NCBI RefSeq assembly: GCF_018350175.1 | Contig: NC_058368.1 | Span: forward strand, 176,826,001-176,890,000 | DNA from: Felis catus | Lineage: Eukaryota | Length of the DNA: 64,000 nucleotides | Direction of reading: 5' to 3' | Made by a program: the position numbers and the translations under genes | The notes under the pieces: model-generated | Databases searched by the model: none | Told to the model about the DNA's origin: nothing | What the model saw: the letters and a program-made list of their open reading frames with translations, nothing else | Shown here: positions 25,926 to 40,069 of the stretch, piece by piece | Layout: each line of letters begins with the position of its first letter | Position numbering within the stretch: position 1 is the first letter of the stretch

Positions 25926-26441
25926 ATTAAAGGAAGAAAGAAAATTGCTAGCTGTAGCCTCCTTGGTAGGGATTTCAGCCTGAAACCATCTGTTGCCAAA
26001 TCCAGCTTACCCCTGAACCCTCTACCAGCAAGAATGTGGAGGAGCCACAGATGACTTAACCCCCTCTGGCATGAGCTAGGTGGCTCCCACCAGGCCTTTG
26101 GGAACTATTCATTTACTAAACGTTGACTAATGTACTAAATAGTTACACAGTATTGCCAGTACCGTGCCCAGTGCTAGAGACAGAGGAATAACTGAGACAG
26201 ACACAAATCCCTACCTTCGTGGTGCTTGTATTCTAGCAGAGAACACAGACACAAAACACAATCACCAGGTAAATTGTATGGTGTGTTAGAAGGTAATTCC
26301 TGGTATGAGGAAAAAAATAAACCTGGGTAAGGGGGATGAGATTGCCATGAGTTGGAATACTGCATAAAGCAAGGTCAAGGAAAGTAACCTTGAAGCACAG
26401 CCTTGACCTTGAGGAAGATGAGGATGACTGCATGACCCTGA

Positions 26442-26837
<396 letters not shown>

Positions 26838-28639
26838 TGATTACAGATGGATGGGATGAGGTTTTGGCCTGAGCCACAAAAGGATGCTTCTCCTCGGTGC
26901 CATTTAGACTCCCTCCCTATCCAGATCATTCTCTAAAAATCTGTAATAGACAAAACCTCCAAATGCCCCAAACCACAGATAGCGGTAACCCTGTTGAGCA
27001 AGACTGGTTTCCGCCCCCATGTGTTTCTCGTAAGGAGATGCTGCATTGCCCTGTGCGGGTGATTTCCCACTCCAGCCCTGCTCTGACACCAACAGGATGC
27101 ATAACACCACAGGACCGCAACTCATCCTAGAGCCAAAAATTGCCCTCATCTCAGAGTTCAGTAGTATAAGCTGGAGACCAGCTTTCGAACTCTTTATCAC
27201 AGCTCTTTCGCCTATGTGATGCAATCAGAACCCTGTGAGCGCCAACTCCTCCTGGCCTGCCTGCCGCTTCACCAGTGTTAGTCCTGGGAACCCCTCCTTG
27301 GTTACCTTGGGAGGCAGGCAGTGGCAACAAGACATCAGGGCAAAAAAAGAAGTCCTTGGGACCTGGTGTCTATACAGCAATATGATGCAGGATATTAGGG
27401 CCATTCATCGGGGATCAGCCTGTGGCATTTCATTCATTCACTCAACAAACACACACCAAGAATCTGTACTGGGCCAAGCCCCGTTCTGGGAGTTGGGGAG
27501 TCAACAGTGAGAAAGACACGGAGGTTCACACCAGCAGGCACGGCAGGCAGGCTCAGTCCCCCGGCAGGGTGGTGATGCATGGGGACTCTGGAGCACAGAA
27601 GAGGAGCTCCTGAGCTCAGGGGGCAGGATGGCTTCCTGGGAGGGGTCTACAGAACTGAGGTTTGAAGCAGGAGTAGTGACAGTGACACCTAACGTATCCT
27701 GAGTGCATATGGTATCAGCTACATTACGAATTATCCCAAAACTTAGTGGCTCTGGAATTCAAGGAGTGACTTACTCGGGTCCCTCCTGAGGTTGCGGTAG
27801 GATGTCAGCGACGCATGCCATCATCTGAAGGTTCAGCTGAGGCTGGAAAGTGACAAACCAGGATTTAAACCTGTACCTTTCTCACCCCAGAGCCACTCAC
27901 CTCTACGTGTGCTGCTCCACTTGTGGCTTTGTGACCCCAGACAATAAATTGTCTCGTGCCGAGGGCCTGGATTCTAGATAGCATGACATTTTCCAGTTAG
28001 GACAAGATTTGCTCCCGCTCAGAAGGTATTTTAAGATTGAAAGGTATCAAATCCTGCAGATTTCTGTCTCCTGTAAATTGCCTTCCAGTTATAAAGGACC
28101 TTTGTCGTCACTGAAACACAGTGCTATTTAGTTCTTGAAGTGATTCTTGACAAGAGATTTGGCCTTGCCATATATCATCTCCAGCCATTCAGGTCTCTTC
28201 CACTCTCCCCCAGAGGTGTGGGCATGCATTATGTGGGCCAGACCAGCGGGGTGCTTGCAAATAGTTGACATCCGGTTCTCAAGGGAAAACTACCCTTGAG
28301 TTGTGGTGTTTTCCAAAGTGTACATAGTCCCACCGGGTGATTCCAAGCCTCCCGTGCAACGTCACTAAATGTGGAGTTTGGAAGAGACAAACACAGTTGA
28401 CGCTCACCAGTTGGTGCAAGCAGGCTCCAGCACCCCTCTGGTCCAATTTGACCCCTCGGCTCATGCTATGAAACTGAGCTCTGTTGTGCAGAGAATTAAG
28501 CGATCGCATTCATTGAATCCCTTTGGAATTCAGTGAGCTGTCCGTCAGGGTCTCGGTCACTCTGCAGTTCAGTGACCACCAGCTGACTCTTAGCAAGTCG
28601 TGGAACCAGCTCCTGACCAGCTGAATGCATGGTGGTTGT

Positions 28640-28706
28640 TTTTTTATTTTTTATTTTTTATTTTTGAAGTTTATTTATTTTAAAGATATAGTATGAGTGG
28701 GGGAAG

Positions 28707-28742
<36 letters not shown>

Positions 28743-28867
28743 CTCAGGCTCCATGCCGCCAGCACAGAGCCCAGCGTGGGGCTCAAACTCAACGAAAACC
28801 TGAGACCGTGACCTGAGCCAAAACCAGGAGTCTGCCAATTAACCGACTGAGCCACCCAGGCGCCCCC
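28640..28867 (-). mobile_element. CAN-SINE
   Basis: T-rich tail, (GA)n, ccgactgagccacccaggcgcccc. Confidence 0.92.
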
Positions 28868-29815
28868 CTGAATGTGTGTTTAATCTACATGTTAACCAGT
28901 GTGACTGGAGCCATGCCCTGGCTGTGCCAGGCTTTGTGCCAGAAGCTGGGGCCGCTGGGAAGAGGCAGCAAAACAGGTTAGGAGCAGAGACTAGACTGGT
29001 GCGGACTGCCTAGGTCTCAATCCGTTTCTGCCGCCTCCCAGGGTTGGATGCGTGAAGTACGTCAACAGCGGGAAAGTGGGTAGAACAGACTGGCATACAG
29101 TAGGTGCCCACTAAGTGGCAGTCATCACTGTTGTCATCTCTGCGATGACTGTAACGGGACAGTGAGTGTAGCAGAGCTTTATGGCTGCTCGCCTTTGCCA
29201 GGCCGTGGGCGGTTTGTCCACTTGTCCTTTTATTTCTTTATTCAACTCCCTGGCGCCAAGGCTCTTGCCACACAGAGATCAGTCAGGTGCAGCGTACCCC
29301 AGGAGCTAGTGTTCTAGCTGGGGAGACAGAACCGCCACAGCCGAGTGCACTGTGTGTCCCAGGCGCTAGGGTGGTGTTGTGTGCGGGAGACACTGGGTCA
29401 CCGTGGAGGGAGGGGTTCATTCTCTTGTGAGGCTCAGGAAAGGCTTGAGAAAGGAAATGACAGTAAGCAGAGCTGGGGAAGAAAGAACAGGAAGGACAGT
29501 GGGAAGGGGCTTTCCCGACACAGAGTTTCCAAGAGCAGAGGCCGCCGGAGTGAACGATGGTGGTGCGTTTGGGAGACTGCAAGTCTTGTGAGGTAGGAGG
29601 GGCATGGGGGTTGCTGTTAAGAGATGAGGCTGGGGAGGCAGGCAGAGGGCGGGTTGGAAAGGCCTTGAATGCCGAGCTGAGGTCAGCAAGGGGTGTGCCA
29701 GCCTCTGGCCCATCGTTCCTGCCGTCTGGGACTTGAAGTGCCGTGCGTGGTAGGAACACGGCTTCTTTCTGTGCGTCTGGCAGAGCAGCCTGTCCAGCAT
29801 CCCTCCTCTTCCCAG

Positions 29816-30042
29816 GTACCAGGGCAAAGAGGGCTGGGCCCCAGCCTCCTACCTAAAGAAGAGCAGTGGGGAGCCCTCACCCCCGAAGCTGGGCCCCGGC
29901 TCGTCCGCCCACACCGGCGTTCTCGACCTGGACGGAGTTTCCCGGCAGCAGAGCCCGGTGGGCAGGGAGAGAGAGCTGCTCAACAACCAGAGGGACGGCC
30001 GGTTTGAAGGCCGCCCGGGGCCCGACAGCGACATCAAGCAGA
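29816..30042 (+). CDS. SH3PXD2B: SH3PXD2B exon 10 equivalent, end of SH3-2 plus linker
   Basis: cttcccag|GTACCAG...AAGCAGA|gtgagt; 227 nt, phase 2->1; [75 protein letters not shown]. Confidence 0.96.
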
Positions 30043-31927
30043 GTGAGTGACGCCCCACCGAGCTCCGGGGGCTGAGGACCTACTATGTGCCAGGCTCCGT
30101 GCTCAGAGCTCCTCACGTGTCCCTCATCCTCACAACAGCCCTGCTGCCCAACATCCTGTAGACAGGAAAACACACCCAGAAACCCTGGGGAGCTTGTTCC
30201 AGACCATGGTTTTTCCACGATCTTGCGCTGATCGTGATAGCTTCTATCTCTCAAGCCCTACTATGTACCAGGAATCTTACAATTAGTCTCATTGGCTCCT
30301 TGTAACAACTCAGAGGGACTAAATTACTTTTGTTTTACAGATTAGGAACCAGAGAGATGAGGTGATTTGTCCAGGGCCACCCAGCTAGTAAATGGTAGGG
30401 CCGGGACTTGAACCCAGGCCCACCTGACCCCAACACCTGTGCCCTCTCTTTAGGGCCTCGTTTCTGAGCCAGAAGTTGTTGACCTTGCGTTGAGTCGACT
30501 CGAACAGCAGTTCTTTATGCATCTTACTTTCCAAAGCCTTCTGTATATATGCTTCCATTGAATGTTCCCAACACACCTGAGAGTATGGGTTCCTTATTGT
30601 TGTCTGCAGTGAGCATGGGACCCCACCCCCGGGCACATGACCCTGCCCCAGTTGTGCAGGGCAGGAGGAAGCCGTCTGCTGGGAAAGTCCCCTGGCCCAG
30701 CTAGACTTCTCCAACTGTTTACAGCAGCTCAGCAAACTCGTAAAAGTCAGTGAATTCTTGAAACTCAAGAATTTCTCCATTCTCTGCTCAGCTGATGTCT
30801 CAGGAAAAAAAAAAAAAAAAAAACATTGGCATGCCATGGCGGGGTTTCTGGCCAGCCCCTGGCTTCTGTGATTCTAATCTATCACGGCCAAGAGCACAGG
30901 ATTCCCATTAACGCTGAGCAAATAAGAATCTGAACCCCCATGTCTTTGTTAGAAGATGGGTTCCGATGCTCAAGCAAATTCTCCCCACCGCCAGTAACAA
31001 CTCCCCCCCCCCCCCCCGTAACAGGGGCTCAGATCATTTAGATGTTCATTTCTTTCTCACAAAGCTGTCCGGCTCTGCGTCCAGGGCTGCTGGGGCAGCT
31101 CTGTGCAGTCAAAGGTCTTATGAGACGCTATCTTGTGTTGCCCTCATCTTGCTGGTCCAGGGTGGTGCCCCACTAGTCCAGCCAGTGAAGAAGGCAGGGA
31201 GGAGTGGAGGACTTGACTCAGAAGCTACATGCTCTCCACTCTGTCACGTCCCCCTGGCCAGAACTTAGTCACATGGCAATACCTAGCTGCAAGGGAGTCT
31301 GGGAAGTGCAGTCTTTACATAAGCAGGCTAAAACTCCATCGCTAACTAATTGTAACAGAAGACAGGGGAGATGGGGATTTAAGAGATTAGCACATCCCAG
31401 CTGCCAGACTTGCCCTCCGTGTGGACCTGTGCTGAGCCAGCTCAGGGGATGACACATGTTCCACCTTGAGCCAGGAGCCTGGACCATTACACAGTCATCC
31501 TCCTGAGCCTGAGACTCAGAGCAAGGGCAGCCCAGTTCCAGAGTAGAAACCCCTGATGTCGTCAGCCCACATTTGTTTGTTCTCTTTACGTGTTGTTTAA
31601 CGTTGCACGCCCACCAGGTGCCCCCGGCCTCGTTTGCACCGTTTCCTTTCATCTCTGCCACTGCCCCTGGGTGGCAGGCAGGCATTACCACGCCTGTGTT
31701 CCACCGAAGCCTACATCGTGGGGCCTGTCTGGAGAGCCTCACGCCGCTCCGGCACACGGGCAGTCCTCATAGTCCCGAGCCAAGTCTGAGCGGCCCCTTC
31801 CCAGTCAGGCTGTTTCTTCCCACAAGAAGGGTCATAGCAGCTCACGAATGCATGCCTGGTGTCCCCCTGAAGAATTCCATCTGCAGAATTCTGCATGTGT
31901 GTGCAGTAAGCTCTCGTCTCTTTGTAG

Positions 31928-31977
31928 GATCGCCCAAGATGAGGCAGAGACCCCCTCCTCGCCGAGATATGACCATA
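31928..31977 (+). CDS. SH3PXD2B: SH3PXD2B exon 11 equivalent
   Basis: tttgtag|GATCG...ACCATA|gtaagt; 50 nt, phase 1->0; SPKMRQRPPPRRDMTI. Confidence 0.96.
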
Positions 31978-32881
31978 GTAAGTGGACCCTTGCTGCCGGG
32001 AAGCCAGGCCCTGATCCGAATCTGCCCCTCACTCCCACCTTGCCCTTTCCAGAGATGTTCTCTTGCCTCTCCACACAGCTGCCTGGACAAGTGTCGCAGA
32101 CCAGACAAGTGTTGGTCTGGTCAGAGGGGGAAAGGCTAGGGTCCCCTGGGAGTGATGCAAGTTACCTATGGCTCTGCCACGGTTAGGTCTCAGGATGTGC
32201 CCTCTGCTTCCTGAGCCCACTTTGCTTTATTGTAGGTCAGTCTTCTCAGAGAAGGTAACTCGAAACCAAAGGTGGGATGAGGCATAAGTATTTGTGGTGC
32301 CGTTCTGGTATTTTACTTTCAGACTCTGTTTTTAATTCTTTAGGTACCTTTTCTAACCAATACTTTGAAAATTGAGCCTTCTAGCATTTATTGAGCACCA
32401 GTTGGGCACCCTGCAGTGTGCTGGGTGCTTCATTACATGGACCTATTGAATGCTTACAGTGATCCCACCAGGTAGATACCCATTCTACAGGAGATGAAAC
32501 TGAGGCTCCAAAAGGGAAAGTGATTTGTCCAAAGGTGCACAGCACGCATAAGCAGTATTTCCAACCCAGATGGGTCTGACCTGCAAGCCCGTGTTCTTTC
32601 CACAACCCTCACTGCCTCTTGAATTCAGAGACTGTTGTCCTGCCCCAGATTTTCATGATTGTAGGTAAATGTCCCATGTTTCTCCTCCTCACTCTGAAGC
32701 TGATGGTCCAGTGAACCATCTAGGAGATGATCTGCACAGATGGTCCTCTGTGTTTTGTCCCTTAGAATCCAAATGGGTCCACCAGCTCCCCTCGAGGGTG
32801 ATTGTGTGCCCCCGACCCTTAGCGCCTCCCCCCTTCAGCCAATGGCAATGGACTTCACCCTGGATTTAGCACTGTGTTTAA

Positions 32882-33055
<174 letters not shown>

Positions 33056-33084
33056 TGAACCACGGCACCACCTCCTGTTTCTCT

Positions 33085-33190
33085 CATTTCTCTCCTCACC
33101 CTCCCTCCCTCCCTTCTTTTCCTTCCTCCCCTCTTCCCTCCCTTCCTTCCTCTCTCCCTCCCTCCCTCCCTTCCTCCCTTCTCTCCTTTC
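33085..33190. repeat. (CCTT/CCCT)n low-complexity pyrimidine tract
   Basis: Directly visible. Confidence 0.9.
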
Positions 33191-33492
33191 TTTGTGGCAG
33201 CTTTACCGATATATAATTCACACCATACACATCACTGACTTAAAGTATACAATCCAGTGTTTTTTAGTATATTCACAGAATTGTGCAACCACATTCAGTG
33301 TTAGAACGTTCTCAACACCCAAAACAGAAAGGCTGTATACATTAGCCGCCACTCCCTGTCTCCCCTCAGCTGTTCTCAGCCCCCCTGCCCCCAGCCCTAG
33401 GCAGCCACTAATCTGCTTTCTGTCTCTGTTGCTGTGCCTGCGTGAACATTTCATATAAGTGGAATCCTACACTATGTGATCTTTTGTGACTG
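33190..33492 (-). mobile_element. L1 3' end fragment
   Basis: ttaaagtatacaatccagtgttttttagtatattcacagaattgtgcaacc..catttcatataagtggaatc. Confidence 0.85.
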
Positions 33493-34952
33493 CCTTGTAT
33501 TCTGTTTTTATCACCACCTACTTCCCTTCTTGCTTCTCTCTCTCCTTTTCGTCCCGCTCCTTTGCTTGTCTGCTCTGTTCCTGCACCAAGGCCAACATAA
33601 ATCCTCTCTCTCCTTCCATTTCTTTCTCCTTTCCTCGTGGAGTCAGAGCTTGAGGCTGTTGCCCGTATTTCCCGGAGAGCCTGGAAGTAATGCTGTAGCA
33701 GTCAGCTGCCAGGCACTGAGCTCAGCACTTCACACACAGTCTCTCTCTTAATCATTTACTCTGGTGAGGCAGGACCATTCACAATCCCCATTTTTCAGAT
33801 GAGGAAGCTTTGGCTCAGGAAAAAAGGTGCTGTCCAAAGTCACACAGCTGAAAGGTGGCAGAGGCAGGATTTGAACCCATGTCTGTCTCCAGATTTGAGC
33901 CAGGACTGTTAACCTCCTATTGTTAGCCATCTGCTGGACATTCGGGAATGTCGGGAGGGCGGGCACCTTATCTGTTTTTCACTCCTGTGTCCTTACAGCT
34001 AGCACAGTGCTTGGCACATGGTAGGTTTGCAAGAAATATCGATTCAGTGAAAATGTGTCTCCCCACTAGCCTCCTGCCTGACACTCAGAAGGCCGGGGAG
34101 TATCTTCTTCATTCTTACCCACAGCCCTGGCATTGGGGCTGGTCCGTAGTGGGTGCTTTAGAAGTGAACGTTTGGCTGATTGAAGGACATAAGCAGTGGA
34201 TGGATGACTATTGAGCCAGTGCACAAGTGTGGTTGCCCTGAGGGTCTTTAATCACTCTCTAAGAGATCTGCAAAGCACCTGCTGGTTCCCTCCCACTCTG
34301 ACACTTCCTGCCTCTCTCTCTCTTTCCCCTCATGCCCTGGGGCAGCTGCCCAGGCAGCTCAGCAGAAGGTGGCTCCCAAAGGTGCTGCGTCCTGGGCCTC
34401 TCCACCACCGATTCTTCCCAGGCATCTCCAGAAAGTCATCCTCAACCAAATGTCTTTCAGCCCATTGAGGGAGGGCTATCTGCAGAGAGCTAAAGTCTCT
34501 CCAGCTAATTTTATAAAATGCAAATCCCAGTCTAGGTAGACAGACTAAGGGGAAAGCAGAAATACCCACAAAGTTCTAAAAAGACTTCATAGCTGTTCCT
34601 CTTGCCTTTTTTTTTTTTTTTTTTTTTTTTTTGGCCTTTCTGGCCTTTCCAACTTCATATCTACAGAGAACTCAAGGCATCTTGATTTGTGCTAAAAGAT
34701 CATTCTATGCCCAGTTCCCCATTTTGCTGCTGTAAAACCTATACATCCGATTCGACATGAAACATGTGCCTTCTTCCTAGCATCTTTTCACACCCCAGGC
34801 TGCGTCTCCGACCAAAGCCTGTTTCCACAGCTTTTCTGCGAACCCCAATGGTCAAGCTGGCCCTTCTCCAGTTCTCTTACTCTCTCTGCCAGGACTGACC
34901 TTGCTTTAACCCAGCTCCTAGCACTTCACCTGCCTTCTCATAGAAGGCACTC

Positions 34953-35160
34953 AGGGCCTGGGTGGCTCAGTCGGTTAAACGTCTGACTTCAGCTCAGGTC
35001 ATGATCTCCAGGTTGATGAGTTCAAGCCCCGCATCAGGCTCTGTGCTGACCATGTGGAGCCTGCTTAGGATTTTCTCTCTCTTCCTCTTTTTCTCTACTT
35101 CTCCCCACCTTGTGCTCTCTCACTCTCTCTCAAAATAAATAAGTAAACAAACAAACAAAA
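34953..35160 (+). mobile_element. CAN-SINE
   Basis: Head, CT tract and tail; flanking aaggcact direct repeat. Confidence 0.9.
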
Positions 35161-35839
35161 GGCACTGAAGGCCATTTTTTGAACTGAACTTGGCATCTCA
35201 AAATCAAATTCATTCTTTAAATCCTCTAGGAAGCCTCCTCTGATTCACTTTGGTTTCCCTTCCCTACCCTGTATGGCTTATCTGGGCCATCTCAGTCTTC
35301 AGCTGAGAGCAAGCCCCTCACTTCTGTACATGCTTTCTTGACATAATGAGAGATGAGTGTTGTTTTCTTCTTCTTCAGTGACTGGGTTTTGTAATCCAAG
35401 TTGAAAGTTCCCTTCCCTTGGCACTTTGCATAGATCACTCTGTTCTCTTCTCACATCTAGTGCTGCTGGTCACGAGCTACTACCTACCTAATTCTTATTC
35501 TCTCGTTCAAAATCTGTCATTTCTCTGATTCTCGCAGGAGCTCGTTATCTTTAAAATGCTTGGATTTCACAAAAGTGCGTCTAGGTGTGACTTTCTTTAT
35601 TTTTACCTGCTTAGCATTGTGGTGGGCCTTTTTGATCTAGGCCTCGAGATCTTCCTAGAGAGTTCCCCACTTTTACTTTTTTAAATAGTGCCTCCGTTCA
35701 CCCTCTTTATTCTTTCCTCCTGGAATAGTTACTAAACAGCTTTGTGACCTTCTGCCCCTGTTCTCCACGTCTCCTGACTTTTTCTTCACGTTTCCATCTT
35801 TGTCCCTTGGTGCTGCCTTCTTGGAGCATTGGGCCTCAT

Positions 35840-36062
35840 CTTTTTTTTTTTTTTTTAACGTTTATTTATTTTTGAGAGACAGAGAGAGACAGAGTGCAAG
35901 CAGGGGGTGGGGCAGAGAGAGAAGGAGACCTAGAATCTGAAGCAGGCTCCAGGCTCTGAGCTGTCAGCACAGAGCCCGATGTGGGGTTCGAACTCATCAA
36001 CCAGGAGATCATGACCTGAGCCAAAGTCGGTTGCCCAACCGACTGAGCCACCCAGGTGCCCC
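35840..36062 (-). mobile_element. CAN-SINE
   Basis: Antisense body; TSD agcattg(g/t)gcctcatct. Confidence 0.93.
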
Positions 36063-37017
36063 AGCATTGTGCCTCATCTTCTAGTTCATTCATTTGCTGT
36101 TTAACAGTTCAGTCTGTTGCTGGTTTTATTTCCACAATTATTTTCATTTCTGAGAGTGCAGTAATGATTCTTTTTCCTGGGTGCCTGTTCTTGTTTCAGC
36201 AGAGCCTGTTCTTTCGCAAATTTGATGCCCTTCCGTCATGCTCTGAGAATATTAAATATGTTGAATTTAAGGTCCTACTGTTATAGTCCATTATCTCTTT
36301 TCTCAGCCGTATATCCTTTGCAGTGCTGTTGGTTTATTTCCGTTCTTCTCATGGTGTTAGTACTTGCCTTGGGCTGTGCAAGAAGAGGCAGCAGTCAGAC
36401 AGTCCAGAGGGGGCTTGTACACAAAGTGCTGGTCAGCTCCCACCAGTTCCAGCGCTAGGTTGGAGACTTCCAAGCCAGCCACTGAATAGTGTGGGGTCTC
36501 TCTGACCCAAGCTCTCACATTCCCTGTTTCCACTTATGAGCAATCACCTTCTTTACTCTGCCTGCCCTAAAAGAATGGCAAGAAGGGCTGTGAGGAATCA
36601 ACCAGCCTGGCTGCTTCTGCTCTGGTATCTCAGTTAATCCCCTGTTGCTTGCTCCTGGGCACCCTGTTCCCAGGCTCCCCCACCTTGAAGTCTGGCAGAC
36701 CTCAGCCCTGCTCCACCTTTGGTGGCAGGTACCCCTGCAGCAGCCCTGGGCCACAGCCTCCCTCTGCTGCCTCTGTCCATCTGTGAGTCCTCACAATTCC
36801 TGGTCCGCTAACTTCTCCCCTTCCTCCTTCTGAGCTTGGCTTTGTATTCATTTATTTCCCTGGCTTTTTCGCATCGAGGGGAAGCTGCTATTCACCCTCC
36901 TCTCGAAACCAGAAATCCAACTTGCATAGTATAAAGGTTTGGTTTTCTTTTCCTCGGAGTGCTGAAAAATATGATAAAACCACCTTCTCCTTCAAGACAA
37001 TAAGTTTCCAGCATTTT

Positions 37018-37019
<2 letters not shown>

Positions 37020-37059
<40 letters not shown>
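37020..37059. repeat. (CA)n microsatellite (~19 units)
   Basis: Directly visible. Confidence 0.97.
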
Positions 37060-37060
<1 letters not shown>

Positions 37061-38902
37061 GTTGTTCAAGCATGTCGGCAAACAATATTTGCCGACAGGC
37101 ACCACCGCTACCTGGCTCAGAATGTTCTGAAATCAGCCAAGCGCAGCTCAGGATGTCGTGGACCATGCGCCAAAGCTGAGGGCTGACTCTGCGTGCAGCC
37201 GGGAGCTCATGGATCCCTGGAGTTTCCTGGGGGTGTTGGGGTGCCTCCCGCCAGTCTCCACCCCCCACTTCAACTAGAACCAGTCCCCTTTTTTATTTCT
37301 GGCCTTTATCCTGTCTCTCTTTGCTAAAGCTGATCCATTTTAAAAGCTCACATACCCGACATTCTTTTCCAGAAAACACAGACATAACCCAACCTTGAAA
37401 CTTAACTGCTCGTTGTTCCATGATGTCAGCATACGGCTCTGCCAGTGGTAGCCTGGGGGCCTCCGGTGGGAAGCCACTAAAGCTTTTGGCTTACCCAAGT
37501 ATTCTCTTCTCCTGAGCAGTTCTGTATCCTCTACTTTCTTCCCCACTTTGCTTCCTGGCTCATTTCAATCTCCTCTTAGCCTTCAGATTTCGTTAATGGA
37601 GCCACAGTGTTCCAACACGATGCCCAGGATCACCTTACTTGCCTGCCTGGTCTGTGTATGTTCAAAACATGTGCGGCGGCGGCTGCTGCTGCTGCTGCTG
37701 ATGATGATAGAGGCACCTCTCTGTGCCGGGGACCTTACGCCCTCGATAACAGTCTTCACAGAAGTCCCAAGAGGTCGATATCTTCAGCCTAGTCTACAGA
37801 TGCACCTGAGACAAAGAGAGGTTAGGTCCACTGCCCAAGGTTGTATTGCTAGTAAGTGGAGCTGGGATTTGAACCCAGGCGTCTCTGGCGTTAAAGCCCA
37901 GGTTTTTTCCTTCCCCTTCATTCTTGTGATTTGGCATTGGCTTTTATTCACGATAGCTCTCGGCCTCCCTCTGGTAAATGAAAACTCCCGTAAGTTGTGA
38001 TCAAGAACACACATGTTGAGTGCTTCTGCCGTAGGACTTTGCATAGAGCGTAAGCTTAGCAAATCCTCATTGATGTGTTTCGCCGCGATTATCGTCCTGT
38101 TTTCATTTTCTCATGTACACACTTGGAGTGGTTGAATTCGTGGGTGTGCCGACAGTGACTTGTATGCCCAGAGTCACCTTTAATTATTACCAGAGCCACT
38201 GGGTGTCGGGGAGATGCTGGTCACCCTCACGCAAAGGGCTTGCCTGTATCAATACCCTTTCTGGGAGACCAGCAGGGCTCGTTAAATACACACTTGTCAC
38301 ATGCATCCTGCCTTGTCAGTGATCTCCACTGTAATTTAATAATAGGAAACATTTACCTTTCGGCATTGACCAAGGGCCACTGTGTGCATTCGCTTATGCA
38401 GTCCTCCTGAAAATCCTGTAAGGGGTGTACTTGTTCTCGCCACCGTCCTCCATCTCACGCTGTGGAATCTCAAGCATGCGGCTTGTGCGGGGCCACGCAG
38501 GCGATAAAAGGTGGAGCCAGAACTGGAACCCACACCGCGGGCTTCAGAGCCCGGCCTCTGCCTCCTGCGCTAGGCTGGGCGGAGGAGTGTGGTGGCAGGA
38601 CCGCACCCGTGGCCCTCTCTGCCCCCAGCACTTTCTCACCTCGAATACAGCTCCTCCCCAGGCAGGTCCCCTTTCCTGGCGGCCATGGTCGCGTAGTGGT
38701 AAAGGCTCCAGCTCTGGAACCCACACACCTGCCTTTGGCTCCCGCTTCCTCCGTTAGCTTTCCGCAAGACCCTCTGCAAGTCCCTCAGTTGTCCCGAGGC
38801 TCAGTTCTGCATCTGTAAAATGGGGTGATAATCCCCATCTCACACAGCGGTTGCAAGCATTAATCAGGTCTCCTGTGGAGGGGGCCTGCCAGGGAACTGC
38901 AG

Positions 38903-39283
38903 AGTATTGGTTTGCTCAGTCTGCTGCCACGAAATGTCACAGGCTGGGTGGTTTAAACAACAGAGGTTTATTTCCTCACAGTTTTGGAGGCTGAAAGTCC
39001 AAGATCAAAGGTTTAGCAGATTTGGTCTCTTGCTAGGCCTCTCGCCCTGGCTTAGAGACCGCTGTTTTCTTAACTGTGTTCACACGTGGTCTGTGTGTTC
39101 TCTGTGTCCTAATCTCCTCTTATAAGCACACCAGTCATGTTAGATCAAGGCCCACCCATATGACCTCATTTTAACTTAATTACCTCTTAGAAGGTTCTAC
39201 CTCCACATGCAGTCACATTCTAAGACATGGGAGCTGGGGCTTCAACCTATGAATTTGGAGAGAGCACACTTCAGCCCATAACA
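38903..39283 (-). mobile_element. MLT1A/B-like MaLR LTR
   Basis: ctgggtggtttaaacaacagaggtttatttcctcacagttttggaggctgaaagtccaagatcaa..cacacttcagcccataaca. Confidence 0.85.
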
Positions 39284-39489
39284 TGCAACATACACACCTT
39301 CTAGTCAATTCAGCCATATGATACTGAACAAAAAGGAGACAGGAAACATAAGATCTTAAGTACCATGGGTGATTCCACCCATGGTGTCTGTCCCAGAGGG
39401 AGAAGGAGAGGAGATAAAAGTTTCTTTTACCTTCATCAGCAGAGGTTCCCCTCTGTCTAAAGATGAGCTGAGTGTGGAATTGGAGCAGA

Positions 39490-39868
39490 CACTTCCGGTG
39501 GCCTGTCCTGCAGCCCGACCCTCCTGCAGCCGCACACAGGTCCCTGAATATGACAGCCTCCCATCTCCTACACCCCCATTAGGGCACCACCCAGAGAGGC
39601 CAGGGGATTAATACCCCGGGGAGGTGGGGGGGGCAGGGACTAGGAATCAGGAGATAAATGTCCCCACCCCCTAAGTTGGGATGAGTTCTGCATGGTCTCA
39701 AAGGGTCCTGGCAGATTAAGCCCCCGTGGCCCGAAACAATAACATACTCATAATTGGCTCTCTTGTCCCACTTTCTCACTTGCACCTCCTGAAATCACCT
39801 CTCAGATTAATTACTTGTACCCAAGTCCATGTCTCCAGGACTGCTTTGGGGGATATCCAAGATTAGAC
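39490..39868 (+). mobile_element. LTR16-like ERVL solo LTR
   Basis: 3' end tcacctctcagattaattacttgtacccaagtccatgtctccaggactgctttgggggatatccaagattagacc resembles the recalled LTR16 terminus. Confidence 0.6.
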
Positions 39869-40069
39869 CAGAACCTACCCCCATGTAAGATGTTTCTGAC
39901 CCACAGTAAGGTCTCCATAGATGGTCCACTGCAGCCGTTGTCTGGGGATCTGCTGGGTGAAAAGTCCTTGCTTCCAGAATCCAGTCACATGTGGGTTCTC
40001 CCAGACTGTTCTGGTCCACTGGCCCTGAGACCATCCCTACTAAGTGCTCTCCTCTGTCTTCCCCTCCAG

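Noticed and set aside
39815..40069. N-terminal 85 aa of the 599-aa track ORF as the start of a standalone gene
   Set aside because: Tks4 similarity begins exactly at the splice acceptor at 40070; the upstream part is intron 12, partly LTR-derived
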